Origin: Squalus acanthias | Lineage: Eukaryota | Reading direction: 5' to 3' | Assembly (NCBI GenBank): GCA_030390025.1 | Contig: CM059432.1 | Coordinates: 78,370,001 to 78,434,000 of the forward strand | DNA length: 64,000 nt | Part shown: positions 62,156 to 64,000 of the stretch, in pieces | How positions within the stretch are numbered: the stretch's first letter is position 1 | Layout: each line of letters begins with the position of its first letter | The notes under the pieces: model-generated | Database searches by the model: none | What the model saw: only the letters and a program-made list of their open reading frames with translations | What the model was told of the DNA's origin: nothing | Made by a program: the position numbers and the translations under genes

Positions 62156-64000
62156 ATACAATGGGAAGAGTTCCTCTGGTCGCTATCGATAGAGATCGTA
62201 AACACAATGGGAAGAGTTCCTCTGGTCACTATCGATTGCGATAGTAAATACAATGGGAAAAGTTCCTCTGGTCACTATCGATAGAGATAGTAAACACAAT
62301 GGGAAGAGCTCCTCCAGTCACTATAGAACGAGATAGTAAACACAATGGGAGGAGCTCCTCTGATCATTATAGATAGAGATAGTAAACACAATGGGAAGAG
62401 TTCCTCTGGTTACTATCGATAGAGATAGTAAACACAATGGGAAGAGTTCCTCCGGTCACTATAGATAACGATGGTAAACACAATAGGAAGAGTTCCTCTG
62501 ATCACAATCGATAGAGATAGTAAACACAATGGGAAGAGCAAATCTAGTCACTATCGATAGAGATAGTAAACACAATGGGAAGAGTTCTTCCGGTCACTAT
62601 AGATAGCGATAGTAAACACAATGGAAAGAGTTCCTGCAGTCAGTATAGATAGTGATAGTAAACACCATGCGAAGAGTTCGGCTGGTCACGATCGATAGCG
62701 ATAGTAAACACAATGGGAAGAGCTCCTCAGGTCACTTTAGATAACGATAGTAAACACAATTGGTAGAGTTCCTTCTGTCACTATTGATAGAGATAGTAAA
62801 CACAATGGGTAGAGTTCCTCCGGTCATTATAGATAGAGATAGTAAACACAATGGGAAGAGCTCCTCTGGTCACTTTCGATAGGGATAGTAAACACAATGG
62901 GAAGAGTTCTTCCGGTCAGTATAGACAGCGATAGTAAACACAATGTCAAGAGTTCGGCTGGTCACTATTGATAGAAATAGTAAACACAATGGGAAGAGTT
63001 CATTTGGTCACTATAGATAACGATAGTAAACACAATTGGTAGAGTTCCTTCGGTCACTATCGATAGAGATAGGAAACACAATGGGTAGAGTTCCTTCGGT
63101 CACTATAGATAGAGATAGTAAACACAATGGGAAGAGTTCCTACGGTCACTATTGATAGAGATAGTAAGCAAAATGGGAAGTGTTTCCCCGGTCACTATAG
63201 ATAACGATAGTAAATACAATGGGAAGAGTTCCTCTGGTCACTATCAATAGAGATCGTAAACACAATGGCAAGAGTTCCTCTGGTCACTATCGATAGCGAT
63301 AGTAAATACAATGGGAAGAGTTACTCTGGTCACTATCGTTAGAGATAGTAAACACAATGGGAAGAGATCATCCGGTCACTATAGATAGAGATAATAAACG
63401 CAATGGGAAGAGTTACTCTGATCATTATATATAGAGATAGTAAACACAATGGGAAGAGTTACTCTGGTCACTATCGTTAGAGATAGTAAATACAATGGGA
63501 AGAGTTCTTCCTTCACTACAGATAGAGATAGTAAACACAATGGGATGAGCTCCTCTGCTCACTATAGATAGAAATAGTAAACATGATGGGAAAATCCTCT
63601 GGTCACTATAGACAGAGATAGTAAACACAATGGGAAGAGTTCCTCCGGTCACTATAGATAACGATAGAAAACACAATGGGAAGAGTTCGTATGGTCACTA
63701 TAGGTAGCGCAAGTAAACAAAATGGGAAGAGTTTCTCTGATCACTACCGATAGAGATAGTAAACATAATGGGAAGAATTCCTCTGGTCACTATCGATAGC
63801 GACAGTAAACACAATGTGAAGAGTTCCTCTGGTCACTATAGATGGTGATAGCAAACATCAATTGGTAGTGTTCCTTCGGTCACTATCGATAGAGATAGGA
63901 AACACAATGGGAAGAGTTCCTCTGGTCACTAAAGAAAGAGATAGTAAACACAATGGGAAGAGCTCCTCCGGTCACTATAGATAACGATAGTAAACACAAT

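Larger units (their letters stand above)
51238..64000. repeat. 46-bp satellite array (runs off the window end)
   Basis: Unit GATAGTAAACACAATGGGAAGAGTTCCTCCGGTCACTATAGATAGA; period 46 (e.g. 51671 to 51717). Confidence 0.98.

Noticed and set aside
51238..64000. CRISPR-like array (constant part plus variable part)
   Set aside because: Eukaryotic context, variable segment only ~9 bp and recurrent rather than unique spacers, no cas genes

Overview
Vertebrate genomic DNA, most likely cartilaginous fish (shark), inferred from the repeat families present. There are two host genes, both at the left end and arranged tail-to-tail. One is the terminal coding exon of TRIM55 (+, 3340-3459), which the ORF track misses. 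The other is a complete two-exon corticotropin-releasing hormone gene (CRH, - strand, CDS 4464-4961, TATA at ~6021). The rest is repeat-dominated: a G-rich 27-bp minisatellite just upstream of the CRH promoter (6600-17025, split by a CR1 LINE), many CR1/L2 fragments and SINEs, a LINE carrying a tRNA-SINE-like 5' head, a family of hairpin-rich PIF/Harbinger-type MITEs, two Harbinger transposons (DDE transposase plus spliced Myb/SANT gene) lying head-to-head, and a 46-bp satellite (51238-end) containing two near-identical CR1 copies. The most notable items are a minimal type-I hammerhead ribozyme with a 12-bp target-site duplication, sense-oriented in the last TRIM55 intron; the SINE-headed LINE; and MITE ends that conserve structure but not sequence. 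All calls were made by eye, without database searches.
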